From IMG/VR virus record IMGVR_UViG_3300020044_004491, positions 1 to 31,965 of that record: a DNA stretch of 31,965 nt, one strand, 5' to 3'. The stretch is from a virus. Taxonomy: Duplodnaviria > Caudoviricetes. The translations under genes and the position numbers were made by a program. Below, in pieces: positions 1 to 9,009 of this stretch; position 1 is the stretch's first letter, and the number at the start of each line of letters is the position of its first letter. Below the pieces are notes generated by a model, which worked only from the letters and a program-made list of their open reading frames with translations, was not told the origin of the DNA and did no database searches.

Positions 1-1
1 T

Positions 2-2662
2 GCTCTTGTAAATAACGAACGCAAAGTTGCTGCTGGAGCATTGGCTCAAAGTGGTTTGGGTAAAACTTTTGACAAAGAGACATTGAATGAAGTGATTCGT
101 TTGCGTCAAACTGCGGCCATGACAGGAACCCCTGTTGCATTAAATCCAACACAACAAGCCGCCGCTGATGCAATTGACAGAATATTTGATTACTTCTACG
201 ACTATGCAGCTAAAGCATCTGGTGGAACTGGATATGTCCCTCCACGTAGAACAAACTATTTCCCACAAATGCAATCTGACAAAGCAATTCGCTGGGCGCA
301 AAGGTTTCCTAAGAAAGCAGAGGAGCTTGCAAAGAAACTGAAGGTAGACCGTACTTGGTTTGTTGGAAACTTCCGTGCTCGTGACCTTTCTGTTGGCGAT
401 GAGTTCTTTGGCAAAGTACTTACACAGGCCGACATTGACGGTGGAGTTACTGCACTCAACAACATCGCCCGCAAATGGGGATTGGACTTTGATTACTTCG
501 ACACAGATGCATTAAGTGTTATTGGCAAGTATGCACAAAAGCACGCACAGTTTTCTGCATTACAGAAGACAATTGGTTCATTGCCTGAAACAATTCCAAG
601 CATGGCAGCGCGTAAAGCCGGAACGGAATTTCAGACTCCATTAGTAACATCACCTTTACCAAAGGGAACTGCACCCGGGTTCAGTCTTACTGACCCAGCA
701 ACTGGAATACAACTTGACCCAAGTGTAATCCTTGAACAGTTAAGCAAAGGTGAACTTAGTTCCCTCTTGGATGAAATCAAAACAATTACATCAAAAGTTG
801 ATGCAAGGTCTGTAAATAAAAAAGAAATTGAAACTCTTACTTCTCAATTAGATGCACGAATTGCAAAAATTGAAGATGATTTTATTAATGGTGTAATAAC
901 TCCAGCAACTGCAGCAGTAGCCACGGATGAAATTGTTAAACTTGCATCAACTATCCAAGGCGAACTTCAGGGTCTTGCCTTAGATATTGCTACTGTTCCA
1001 AAAACGAGATGGACAGAATATGCAGATATTGTTAAAAAAGGTTTTGAAATTCTTAACGATGACATCATTGACCCAACAACAGGAAATGTGCTGTATAAAG
1101 GCACAGCACCAGATATTGCTGTTCGTGAAGAGTTGGCAGACCTCCTTCGCAATGCAGAACGAGTCAAAGACCCAGAGTTTGCAGCACGAGCAAGACAGGT
1201 GGCACTTGACTACACACGATTCTCAAAGGCTTGGTTGACTGCTCGTCCCGGATTCCATACACGCAACGCATTAAGCAATACCTATCAACTTATTGCTGCA
1301 GGTGCTGACCCACGAAATCTTATTAGAGGAAACAAAATTCTTAATAAAATTAATGAAGGATTAAAAGCCGGTCTTACACCACGACAAATTGCTAAACGAT
1401 TGGTCGACAGTGGTTTTATCAAAGCAGTAGAAGTTGACCCGTTTAATCTACGTTTGGCAGACCCGATTGTAAACAGAGGTGAATTAATTGACGCAATTGA
1501 AGATTCAATTAACTACTCAGGCGCTACTGGATTTGGTCAGTATGGTGAAATTGCTGCTGAAGTTGGTACCGGAAACCGTGGACTACTTCTCAAAGGTGGT
1601 CCAGCAAACAAAGTTTCACGAGCAATTGGTTACATACCTCAAGGAAGCCGTTGGTTTGGAGAACAGATTGAAAGCTATTCACGTTTTGGTTTGATGTGGG
1701 ACGGTATTTCAAAGGGTCTTAGCCCACAAGAAGCAGCAGCGCGCGCAAATAAATACCTGATTGACTACGCAGACCTCAGCAATGTTGACAGAGTCGCTAA
1801 ACAAATCATTCCGTTCTGGACCTTTATGAGTCGCAACACACCATTGCAACTTGAATTGATGTGGACAAACCCACGTGCCTATGCGTTCTACAGCAACTTG
1901 AAGCGCAACATTGAAGGACCTTCAGAAGAAGAAGGTGGTCCAGTTATTCCAGGTTATGAAAAAGACCGTGGAGTGTTCTCTCTTGAGACTCCAATCAATA
2001 TTCCAGGGATGCCAGAATCTGTTAAGAATGCTGGACGATTTGCTGGTGCAGTTCCTGGTGTGGGTCCTGCTCTTGGTCTACTTTCACAATTCCCTGGTTT
2101 GCAGGGTGATGTAATTCGTCCAGGTCTTCCATTCCCAGGTGGTGGTGAAAACGTTCTTAAAGGACTAATCGAGAATCCAAAAGGATTCCTTGCAAGCACA
2201 AACCCTGTATTCCGTGTTCCGCTTGAAGCAGCATTTGGTGTCAAATTATTTACTGGTGCACCTATAGCTCCAAAGGGTGAAAAAACAACACAAACAAAAT
2301 CTCGTTTGATTTATCTTGGGCGAGAGTTGTTTTCACCAAGTTCACCACTTGTTGCTGTATTGAAATCAATAGAACCAGCAAGACAAAACAAATTCATTCA
2401 AGAGTATTTCGGTATTACTGAGGATGATGCAGAACCAGTTGTTCAAACTGTTAACTCAGTATTGTCGTTACTTGGATTGCCACTTGGGACACAACGCACA
2501 AAGTCTTCAGTCAATGAATTGCAAAGCAGATGGTTTGACCTTGAAGCGTATATCAAAGATGCTCAAGACCGTGCAAAAATTCAGATTGAAGAACAACAAA
2601 AGTCTGGACAAACACCAAGCACTGTCAATCCAGATGACCCATTGGGAATTTTAGGACCATGA
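2..2662 (+). CDS. Large internal virion/ejection protein (large polyvalent protein-like), 5'-truncated
   Basis: Frame is open from base 2 (the TTG at 41 is internal). Helical protein with C-terminal motifs (ARPGFHTRN, KYLIDYADLS..D....IIPFWTF) typical of the large injected proteins of podoviruses; last gene before the lysis-like cassette. Confidence 0.65.
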   Translation, partial: ALVNNERKVAAGALAQSGLGKTFDKETLNEVIRLRQTAAMTGTPVALNPTQQAAADAIDRIFDYFYDYAAKASGGTGYVPPRRTNYFPQMQSDKAIRWAQRFPKKAEELAKKLKVDRTWFVGNFRARDLSVGDEFFGKVLTQADIDGGVTALNNIARKWGLDFDYFDTDALSVIGKYAQKHAQFSALQKTIGSLPETIPSMAARKAGTEFQTPLVTSPLPKGTAPGFSLTDPATGIQLDPSVILEQLSKGELSSLLDEIKTITSKVDARSVNKKEIETLTSQLDARIAKIEDDFINGVITPATAAVATDEIVKLASTIQGELQGLALDIATVPKTRWTEYADIVKKGFEILNDDIIDPTTGNVLYKGTAPDIAVREELADLLRNAERVKDPEFAARARQVALDYTRFSKAWLTARPGFHTRNALSNTYQLIAAGADPRNLIRGNKILNKINEGLKAGLTPRQIAKRLVDSGFIKAVEVDPFNLRLADPIVNRGELIDAIEDSINYSGATGFGQYGEIAAEVGTGNRGLLLKGGPANKVSRAIGYIPQGSRWFGEQIESYSRFGLMWDGISKGLSPQEAAARANKYLIDYADLSNVDRVAKQIIPFWTFMSRNTPLQLELMWTNPRAYAFYSNLKRNIEGPSEEEGGPVIPGYEKDRGVFSLETPINIPGMPESVKNAGRFAGAVPGVGPALGLLSQFPGLQGDVIRPGLPFPGGGENVLKGLIENPKGFLASTNPVFRVPLEAAFGVKLFTGAPIAPKGEKTTQTKSRLIYLGRELFSPSSPLVAVLKSIEPARQNKFIQEYFGITEDDAEPVVQTVNSVLSLLGLPLGTQRTKSSVNELQSRWFDLEAYIKDAQDRAKIQIEEQQKSGQTPSTVNPDDPLGILGP

Positions 2663-2823
2663 GGAAGTTGATATGCGTTGGAATATTGCTACTAAGTGGT
2701 TGCGGCTTTCAAGGAAGCTACCGGTACGAGTGTCAAGACCCAAGCAATTGGGAAAAGCCAGAGTGCAACCCACCGCTATGCGTAGCAAGCGACACCTGCA
2801 CAAAAGATTTAATTGGAGAATAA
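2659..2823 (+). CDS. Small Cys-rich lipoprotein (54 aa), missed by ORF track
   Basis: ATGA overlap with upstream stop; MRKLICVGILLLSGCGFQGSYRYECQDPSNWEKPECNPPLCVASDTCTKDLIGE with lipobox LSG-C and four more Cys. Confidence 0.8.
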   Translation: MRKLICVGILLLSGCGFQGSYRYECQDPSNWEKPECNPPLCVASDTCTKDLIGE

Positions 2824-2825
2824 AC

Positions 2826-3113
2826 ATGGCCAGACCAAAGCGTTACTCAGGTGAAGAACTACACGCAAGACTTATCTTCACAGTTGGTCTTGTGCTGGCG
2901 TTTGTATTTGCAATATCTGTTATTGGATTTGTATACGCACTCATGTTTGTTACACAGCCGATTAGTTCGCAAGCGCCAAACGACGCTGCGTTCATCGATT
3001 TACTAAAAACCTTAACCGTGTTTCTCACGGGTTCGTTAGGAGGGCTCGTCATGTCTAACGGCATGAAGGGTAAGAAAAAAGAGACAGAAGACTCGGACTC
3101 GTCCGACAAGTAA
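2826..3113 (+). CDS. Two-TM membrane protein, holin-like (95 aa)
   Basis: GGAGA RBS before ATG 2826 (MARPKRYS...); two hydrophobic helices and charged C-terminus. The track's longer start overlaps the lipoprotein gene. Confidence 0.7.
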   Translation: MARPKRYSGEELHARLIFTVGLVLAFVFAISVIGFVYALMFVTQPISSQAPNDAAFIDLLKTLTVFLTGSLGGLVMSNGMKGKKKETEDSDSSDK

Positions 3114-3142
3114 TCTCTTCCACCACTACAAAAGGAAAACTA

Positions 3143-3607
3143 TTGCGAGCATTCGTCTTGGCTATAGCTATATCCGTATTCGCTCTTGTAACTCCGGCTA
3201 ACGCTGGTGGCAGTTGCCCTCAATGGGAAGCTGTTATACGAAAGGCTGGCCTTCCAGTCAAAGAGTTCAGTTACATCGCTCACAGAGAGTCTAGATGCCG
3301 TATTAAGGCAATCAACGCTCGCTATGACAAAAACGGAAAGGTTATTTGGACACTCAACAAGAACGGCTCGATTGACAGAGGATTGTTTCAGATAAATTCA
3401 GTCCACAAACAAACCGTCAGAACTGTTTGTAAAGGTGATTTAGATGAGCTTTTAACTTTACCTTGTAATTTAAAAGTAGCTAAATATCTATATGACAGAT
3501 ACGGAATGACTCCATGGAAAGGACATTCGGTTATTCCTCAATCCCATACCGACGTTCCTCCCATCCAGAATGTTCGTCCTCTAGATAGTTTTGTAAGAAA
3601 TAAATAA
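3143..3607 (+). CDS. Secreted lysozyme-like / lytic transglycosylase (SLT-like)
   Basis: AAGGA RBS, TTG start, signal peptide (ANA), catalytic motif IAHRESRC, then DRGLFQIN and NLKVAKYLY..G..PW. Confidence 0.85.
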   Translation: MRAFVLAIAISVFALVTPANAGGSCPQWEAVIRKAGLPVKEFSYIAHRESRCRIKAINARYDKNGKVIWTLNKNGSIDRGLFQINSVHKQTVRTVCKGDLDELLTLPCNLKVAKYLYDRYGMTPWKGHSVIPQSHTDVPPIQNVRPLDSFVRNK

Positions 3608-3842
3608 AGTTTGCTAAAAAACCTTCAATATAATCAAACGAATCAATAACATCTTGGTCAGGGTCTTCGCTCTGTGAGTGGTACCAATGTTCAACCAAGT
3701 CCATGCACTGTTCATTGGTTAACGCAATGTTGACTATGAAGCCATTCTCATTGTCATAGATGATTCTGTCTGTTCTGTCGGCAAGGTCGTAGAGGTCATC
3801 CTCGGTGAATATCCTTTTTGCCCAACTCCACGAATCAATCAT
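3531..3842 (-). CDS. Acidic hypothetical protein (103 aa)
   Basis: Probable start MIDSWSWAK overlapping the stop of the upstream sigma-like gene; 3' end overlaps the transglycosylase convergently. Confidence 0.6.
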   Translation of the reverse strand: MIDSWSWAKRIFTEDDLYDLADRTDRIIYDNENGFIVNIALTNEQCMDLVEHWYHSQSEDPDQDVIDSFDYIEGFLANFIYFLQNYLEDEHSGWEERRYGIEE

Positions 3843-4200
3843 ACCTGAGTATCTTACTAATACGCCCATCAATGATAAGTACTTCTCCTAGATGGCGGTA
3901 GGCAATCTGTTTCAGTCTCCATGCATGTGTTGCAGATATGCCCATTCTTTGCCCTAACTCTTCATAGGTTATGCGCTCATAGTTGATGGAGTGTATTACA
4001 AATCTGTCTTGTTCCAATAGGACTTCGAGACAGTCAAGAACAATGTCTTGGACTTCACTAAATAAACATTTGTGTTTACGGGGCTCTTCAAATGGAGCCG
4101 CTTCCATTAGTGCTTGGTATTCGTTTTCTGGTTCGTAATTGGATAGCAAGTTCATGAGGTCGTCAACATCAATAGGGATTTCCCTCTTGCTGTAACTCAT
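3835..4200 (-). CDS. Sigma-70 region 4-like HTH protein
   Basis: L.EQDRFVI...YERITYEELGQRMGISATHAWRLKQIAYRHL matches the sigma region 4 pattern. Start placed at ATG 4200 (MSYSKREIP), just after the upstream peptide's stop. Confidence 0.75.
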   Translation of the reverse strand: MSYSKREIPIDVDDLMNLLSNYEPENEYQALMEAAPFEEPRKHKCLFSEVQDIVLDCLEVLLEQDRFVIHSINYERITYEELGQRMGISATHAWRLKQIAYRHLGEVLIIDGRISKILRYD

Positions 4201-4204
4201 TGAA

Positions 4205-4288
4205 CTAGAAAATTCCCAAGACATGGCCAATCACCAGAATAGCCAAACAAATAACAGAAAATTGCAATGCTCTATAAATGGAATTCAT
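4205..4288 (-). CDS. 27-aa single-TM peptide
   Basis: Strong AAGGAGG RBS; MNSIYRALQFSVICLAILVIGHVLGIF. Confidence 0.55.
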   Translation of the reverse strand: MNSIYRALQFSVICLAILVIGHVLGIF

Positions 4289-4352
4289 AGCACCTCCTTC
4301 AAGATAACGGCGCTATAAAAATAATACCATTAAGTACTTTTTTGTAGTGTAA

Positions 4353-4712
4353 CTATCTCTTGAACGCTTTGAGATTCACCACTTGTTTGTCATCGTCGTA
4401 TGCAACACCGTTAAGTCCATCAAGAAGACTCTTGACGTAGTTGTCAAGGTCTCCACGAAGTTTTGATTCTTCTTTGACAGTTATCAAAGTGACATTGATG
4501 TGTGTGCTTTGGAATGTGCAAGCAACCTGGATGCTTCCCTCAAGCTTTGGCAAACCAAGGTCAAGGTATGTCTGACGGATTGCATCCTCGTATTCACGGG
4601 TTGCTTTGTCTGTGTACATGCCATGCTTGCCAGCACGAGGACGGCCCTTAGCCTTTGGTTTCAATGGGATGTTGAATGTAATTACACGCTTGCTACGTGA
4701 TTCTTCACTCAT
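4353..4712 (-). CDS. rusA: RusA-family Holliday junction resolvase
   Basis: PKAKGRPR, DLDNYVKSLLDGLNGVAYDDDKQVV motifs. Confidence 0.93.
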   Translation of the reverse strand: MSEESRSKRVITFNIPLKPKAKGRPRAGKHGMYTDKATREYEDAIRQTYLDLGLPKLEGSIQVACTFQSTHINVTLITVKEESKLRGDLDNYVKSLLDGLNGVAYDDDKQVVNLKAFKR

Positions 4713-4869
4713 TGGGTTCTTTGAATACAAGCCAATAGTGGGCAATCAAAGCAAGAAGAGTGGCTACAAGGGCAACCTTTTGCGTAAAGCCAGACAAGGT
4801 GAAGTACATAACAACAGCACCAGACAAAGTAAAACCAAGTCCAAGTGTTGAGTCAAAGAACTTCTTCAT
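4705..4869 (-). CDS. Small two-TM membrane protein (54 aa), missed by ORF track
   Basis: TAATG overlap with upstream gene; MKKFFDSTLGLGFTLSGAVVMYFTLSGFTQKVALVATLLALIAHYWLVFKEPNE fills the gap exactly. Confidence 0.7.
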   Translation of the reverse strand: MKKFFDSTLGLGFTLSGAVVMYFTLSGFTQKVALVATLLALIAHYWLVFKEPNE

Positions 4870-5411
4870 TAGAACTTAAGACCAATGTCCTGTGCGCTCA
4901 GGTCTTTCGGTGGCCAGAACGGAGTCTTGTTGCCATCGGCACTAACAAAATGCGGACGACGATTTTCAGGAGTTGCACTATCACGGTTGTCAAACACCTT
5001 CTCTACTCCGGCCTTAGCTGCAGCACGACCAAGCCATGCTGGGATTGGGCCGTGAGTCTGGCCAGCAATCTGCACATCCTTCATCTTCTTCACAGGTGTC
5101 GCTGATGCTTTCATACCTGCTGACACTGCAGTACTTGAACGAGCGTTATCAAGTTCGGATTTGATTTCATCTTGTGACTTACGGACAGGGATGTTGCGCC
5201 CTCCGGTCAAAGGCGCATCATCCCACGGTGACCCTTCAGGCACCGCTCGTCCATAAAGTCTCCCGAGAACAACATCAAGTACACCAGAGAAAGCTTCCCC
5301 GAAGCCTTTCAGTGCATCATCAATTGTCTCGGGCTTAGTAGATACCGTTAGCTCAGCAGCAATCTTTGCACATGCTTGGATTTCTATTGAGCGTGAAACT
5401 TCGTTAGCCAT
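4869..5411 (-). CDS. Hypothetical protein, possible ssDNA-binding/recombination protein
   Basis: 180 aa, coupled TAATG starts; C-terminal VFDNR....NRRPHF.....FWPP motif. Confidence 0.6.
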   Translation of the reverse strand: MANEVSRSIEIQACAKIAAELTVSTKPETIDDALKGFGEAFSGVLDVVLGRLYGRAVPEGSPWDDAPLTGGRNIPVRKSQDEIKSELDNARSSTAVSAGMKASATPVKKMKDVQIAGQTHGPIPAWLGRAAAKAGVEKVFDNRDSATPENRRPHFVSADGNKTPFWPPKDLSAQDIGLKF

Positions 5412-5797
5412 TACTTAGCCTTCTTGGCAGGAGCTTTCTTTGCTGCCTTCTTGACTGGAGCAGCTTCAACTGCTTGTACTGCAAGCTTCAACAAAAGAGT
5501 TGTGTTCTTGTCGCCAATCTTGCTGGACACAAATGACAAGACTAAAGAAGCAACAGGAACCAATGCAGCAATAACTTCTGCTGACCAGCCCTGCTGAACG
5601 CCAACGTAAGTCAAAAGACCAACGGCGGCACCTTTCATCGTTGTATCAAGATGTGCAATCTTTTTGTTCTTTTCCATGGTTATTACCTGTTTCCTGTGTT
5701 GTTCGTATAGTTCGTCAAACCCTAGTTTATCCATGAACTCAGCTGAGCTGATGAACAATCCGGCTTTACGAATCTCCTTATTAGTAGGCCGATTCAT
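5411..5797 (-). CDS. Holin-like two-TM protein with Lys/Ala-rich tail (alternative start 5677)
   Basis: ATG 5797 overlaps the methyltransferase stop (ATGA); internal ATG 5677 has an AGGA-type RBS; two hydrophobic segments; ends KKAAKKAPAKKAK. Confidence 0.6.
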   Translation of the reverse strand: MNRPTNKEIRKAGLFISSAEFMDKLGFDELYEQHRKQVITMEKNKKIAHLDTTMKGAAVGLLTYVGVQQGWSAEVIAALVPVASLVLSFVSSKIGDKNTTLLLKLAVQAVEAAPVKKAAKKAPAKKAK

Positions 5798-6306
5798 TTC
5801 GTGCCCCAACAGCGAATGTCGTTGCCGAGCTTGTCTACAGCAGAGTGCTCAAAGTAGCCCTCCATGATTTGGTTCAGCTCCCATTCACCAATGTTGCGGT
5901 AATGCTCCCAGGGGCGAATAGGGTTCTCGTCAATGGCTGAGTGAGGTGCGCGACCTTCACCCGCCATGGTGGCAATAAAGATTCCACCCTCACGCAATGA
6001 TGTCATGGCGTTGAAGATGATTTGTGAGTATTCAGGTGTGTGTTCAAAGACTTCGTTGCACACAACAACATCAAACGAGTCATATTTCCAGTAATCAACA
6101 GCATCAACGACTAGGTCAACGCCTGGTCCTTCTTGCATGTCAATGCCCAAATACATTTCGGCGTGTGGTTCTAATAGCTCACGAATACCGCCATTGATGT
6201 TCAATGAACCAATCTCAAGAATGTCGAACTTCTTGTAGTCAAAGAACTCACGGTTACGCCAAGTCATGAACTCGTTGTACGTGTAATCCAAAGCCGCTTT
6301 ATGCAT
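5794..6306 (-). CDS. Class I SAM-dependent methyltransferase
   Basis: ILEIGS motif I, YLGID..GPGVD, FDVVVCNEVFEH, LREGG. Confidence 0.92.
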   Translation of the reverse strand: MHKAALDYTYNEFMTWRNREFFDYKKFDILEIGSLNINGGIRELLEPHAEMYLGIDMQEGPGVDLVVDAVDYWKYDSFDVVVCNEVFEHTPEYSQIIFNAMTSLREGGIFIATMAGEGRAPHSAIDENPIRPWEHYRNIGEWELNQIMEGYFEHSAVDKLGNDIRCWGTK

Positions 6307-8062
6307 GTCGTGCTCCTTCGTAAAACTCTCTATCTGAGTTTACTACACCTGCTAGCACATCCGGCGCAACTTTATTGATTGTAACTGAATGCTCATGGAC
6401 ACAACGAGCCTTAGATGTAATCAGACACTTACGACCAGCATCAGTTACATGGTCAACCAGATGGTCGTCACCGTACCAAAGCTTGAGTTGTTCTGGGAAT
6501 CGGTAGCCAGTTAGGTCAGACGCCAGCATCATGGCAAAGCCACCCATTCCACCTGTGCCGTCATAGCGACCACGACAGGTATCTGTTACCACTCTGTCTT
6601 GTGCAAGAGGTGAGTACTGCGGGCAAATCAAACCAATTGAGTCGTCTCGGTCCAGTTCTGCCACCAAGTTGGTCACACAGTTCTCGTTCAGATACACATC
6701 GTCATTCAAGAACAACACATGATTACCAGTTTTGGATAAATTAAACCCAAAGTTCCATGCTTTGTGGATATTGAACTCACCAGAAGTCATCACTTTTTTT
6801 ACTTTTTTATCGTTTAAAGCATCGAGCCGGTCAAAAGCTTCCTGGCCATCACAAATAATGAAAATATTGTCAACTTTTGCATCATCGAGCAGCTGCGCAA
6901 CAACACGATACAAACCTGCGGTGTTGTCCCTCGTTGGAATGACCACATCAGCCATGCTCAAAGCGTTTTTATAAAAAAAGATGTTGTCCTTCAGCCGTTT
7001 ATCATCTGGCGCGTGTCCTAGGGCCTTATAGCCGTGTTCTAGGGCAATCTGGTGCCTACCTGTACGATGCGCCGCAATAGCCATGAGGTCATGAGGCAAC
7101 CAACCCCACGCTGCGGCTTCCGTTAAATACAAATCACCACGATTAGTCAGTGACAAGGCACGAGAAGCGGCGAAATAACAACCTTCCCAATGCCCAATGT
7201 CGTAGTAATGCTGTGCAAGGTCAACCCAGAGCTCTCGACCCCATGGATATTCACCACAACCACGAAGAAGCCACTTTTCACGCTCTTCAGGGACCTGTTT
7301 AGCAATAAAACGCATCGAGAAGGCACGTTCAGGTGCCCAAGTAGATGAAGGCATCAACAAATGACGCTTAAACATCTCCACGGATTCTTCTACACGGCCA
7401 TAGAACATCAGCTCACGGGCACAATAATAAACATTGCGGTCATTATCCGGGTTCTCTTCAACATCAAGCAACAAAAGAGGCAAATAAGAACTACGAGACT
7501 TCGTATTGTCAGCAAAATGGTAGATACGAAGCCCACAAAAACCTTGTAACTCTTGGTTTCCAGGCTGAGTGACGTTTACTTCATGGACTGCGTTCATCCA
7601 ACGATGAGAAAAGCGCCGCGTAATCTTGTCACCTTGATAAGTAAGACCAGGCTTACCGCGCGCAATAGTTCCCTGAATATCAATGGAACCATCATCCATA
7701 GGAATCATTGACTCCCAGTTCCATGTATAGACATACCGAGGACGGTTTACAGAACCATCGTTAGGCACAGCTTCAAGATGAGCGCGCCAACCATCACCAA
7801 GAACCTCGTCCACATCAAGGTTAATAATCCAATCAATGTCATCAGGTAGCATGTCAAGCAAGTGATTGCGCGCATTACCAAAATGCCATGGAACAATAGA
7901 AGCCTCAAGAACCGTCACACCACACTCTTGAGCTATGGCTATCGAGTCATCAGTAGACCCAGTATCAAGCAAATAGCGGTAATCAGCATCTTTAGCTGAA
8001 TCAGCCCATCTACGGATATGAGCAGACTCGTTTTTCATTATAGAAACTATTGCAACCTTCAT
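6299..8062 (-). CDS. Glycosyltransferase, GT2-TPR-GT2 architecture
   Basis: Start MKVAIVSIMKNE (ATGA overlap); DTGSTD, LDVDE, VHE; helical TPR-like middle; second GT-A domain (VVIPT, LFLNDDV, LWYGDD). Confidence 0.92.
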   Translation of the reverse strand: MKVAIVSIMKNESAHIRRWADSAKDADYRYLLDTGSTDDSIAIAQECGVTVLEASIVPWHFGNARNHLLDMLPDDIDWIINLDVDEVLGDGWRAHLEAVPNDGSVNRPRYVYTWNWESMIPMDDGSIDIQGTIARGKPGLTYQGDKITRRFSHRWMNAVHEVNVTQPGNQELQGFCGLRIYHFADNTKSRSSYLPLLLLDVEENPDNDRNVYYCARELMFYGRVEESVEMFKRHLLMPSSTWAPERAFSMRFIAKQVPEEREKWLLRGCGEYPWGRELWVDLAQHYYDIGHWEGCYFAASRALSLTNRGDLYLTEAAAWGWLPHDLMAIAAHRTGRHQIALEHGYKALGHAPDDKRLKDNIFFYKNALSMADVVIPTRDNTAGLYRVVAQLLDDAKVDNIFIICDGQEAFDRLDALNDKKVKKVMTSGEFNIHKAWNFGFNLSKTGNHVLFLNDDVYLNENCVTNLVAELDRDDSIGLICPQYSPLAQDRVVTDTCRGRYDGTGGMGGFAMMLASDLTGYRFPEQLKLWYGDDHLVDHVTDAGRKCLITSKARCVHEHSVTINKVAPDVLAGVVNSDREFYEGARHA

Positions 8063-8415
8063 TGTCGTGCCTTCCAGTCCTTCATTCGTGCCTTTTGACA
8101 TAGACGACAACGCCGCGAAAGATTGCCCTTGTTATCTACGTACGAATATACATTATCACCAATTAGCTCATGACCAAGCTTACAATGGGTAGCAACAGTG
8201 TCTTTCTTACGCCGTCCAGCCTTCTTTGGACCATCAGGCTTTACATACCCATCACACAAAGGATGAGTGCCCGCAAAAACCTTCTTCACTGTTCCAAGAG
8301 AAACCTCAAACACATGAGCAATGTCAGCATGAGTCATAGGACAATGAGTATCCTGATAAAACTCGTAGCATTCGAGCATTTCAATGACATCTTCTTTAGT
8401 AAGTTTCTGCACCAC
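8059..8415 (-). CDS. HTH DNA-binding protein with C-terminal zinc-finger-like domain
   Basis: THADIAHVFEVSLGTVKKV HTH; THCKLGH...N......RRCRLC motif. GTG start at 8415 or 8412. Confidence 0.75.
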   Translation of the reverse strand: MVQKLTKEDVIEMLECYEFYQDTHCPMTHADIAHVFEVSLGTVKKVFAGTHPLCDGYVKPDGPKKAGRRKKDTVATHCKLGHELIGDNVYSYVDNKGNLSRRCRLCQKARMKDWKARQ

Positions 8416-8418
8416 GAA

Positions 8419-8427
8419 AGAGTACCA
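8419..8427 (-). promoter_or_regulatory. Extended -10 promoter (TGgTACTCT), likely leaderless
   Basis: TG-n-TAnnnT 6 nt before GTG 8412; no SD present. Confidence 0.4.
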
Positions 8428-8931
8428 ATAAATGTCGCTCCACAGGGGAACTACAGCAAGGACGAGTCATACAACTAGACAGTGTCAAGTTCTGGCAAGG
8501 GAACAAGAAAACACTAAAAATAGAGCGAAATCTAGTACTAAACGCTTGCAAAAGGAAGCAGAAAGTATACAAGTGAAATACAAGTGAGAATAAGGGCATA
8601 ACTACTGCCCGTAATTGACCGCTGAGTTAATTAATTGCTGTCATTCTTGCTGTCTTCATGCAGCTGTTGCGTGCTTGTTGGTGTGTAATAGCTGGTTATC
8701 AACCTACGAGCAAGCTATCAAGTTAGTGATGACTTGCTTACTCGACTGTTCGGTGCACGACTACCTGGGACTGCCAGCTACTACACGTGTCTAGGCTACC
8801 ACACATTGATGCATAAAGGACTAAATACATGCGTGGAAGAAGTGATGATGTACTTGCTGTGTTGTTAGCTACATGCATATAGGCATATACACATACAGTC
8901 AGTCAGTTAGCTAGGTATGCAGTACACCTGA

Positions 8932-8986
8932 CCCCAGCCACCCCATACCCACCCCCCCCGGGTACCGTCAATTTGTATATATATAA
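8932..8986. other. C-rich tract with CCCGGGTACC and TA run; candidate pac site/genome terminus
   Basis: CCCC-AGCCA-CCCC-ATA-CCC-A-C8-GGGTACC followed by GTATATATATA, at the end of a long ORF-poor segment. Confidence 0.35.
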
Positions 8987-9009
8987 AGGGTAGGGAGCCG
9001 TGGTTACTT

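Noticed and set aside
2673-2825. Long N-terminal extension of the 2-TM protein in the ORF track
   Set aside because: The region is better explained by the overlapping lipoprotein ORF; the RBS supports ATG 2826.
8483-8488. TTGACA -35 box on the minus strand
   Set aside because: No acceptable -10 hexamer at 16-18 nt spacing.
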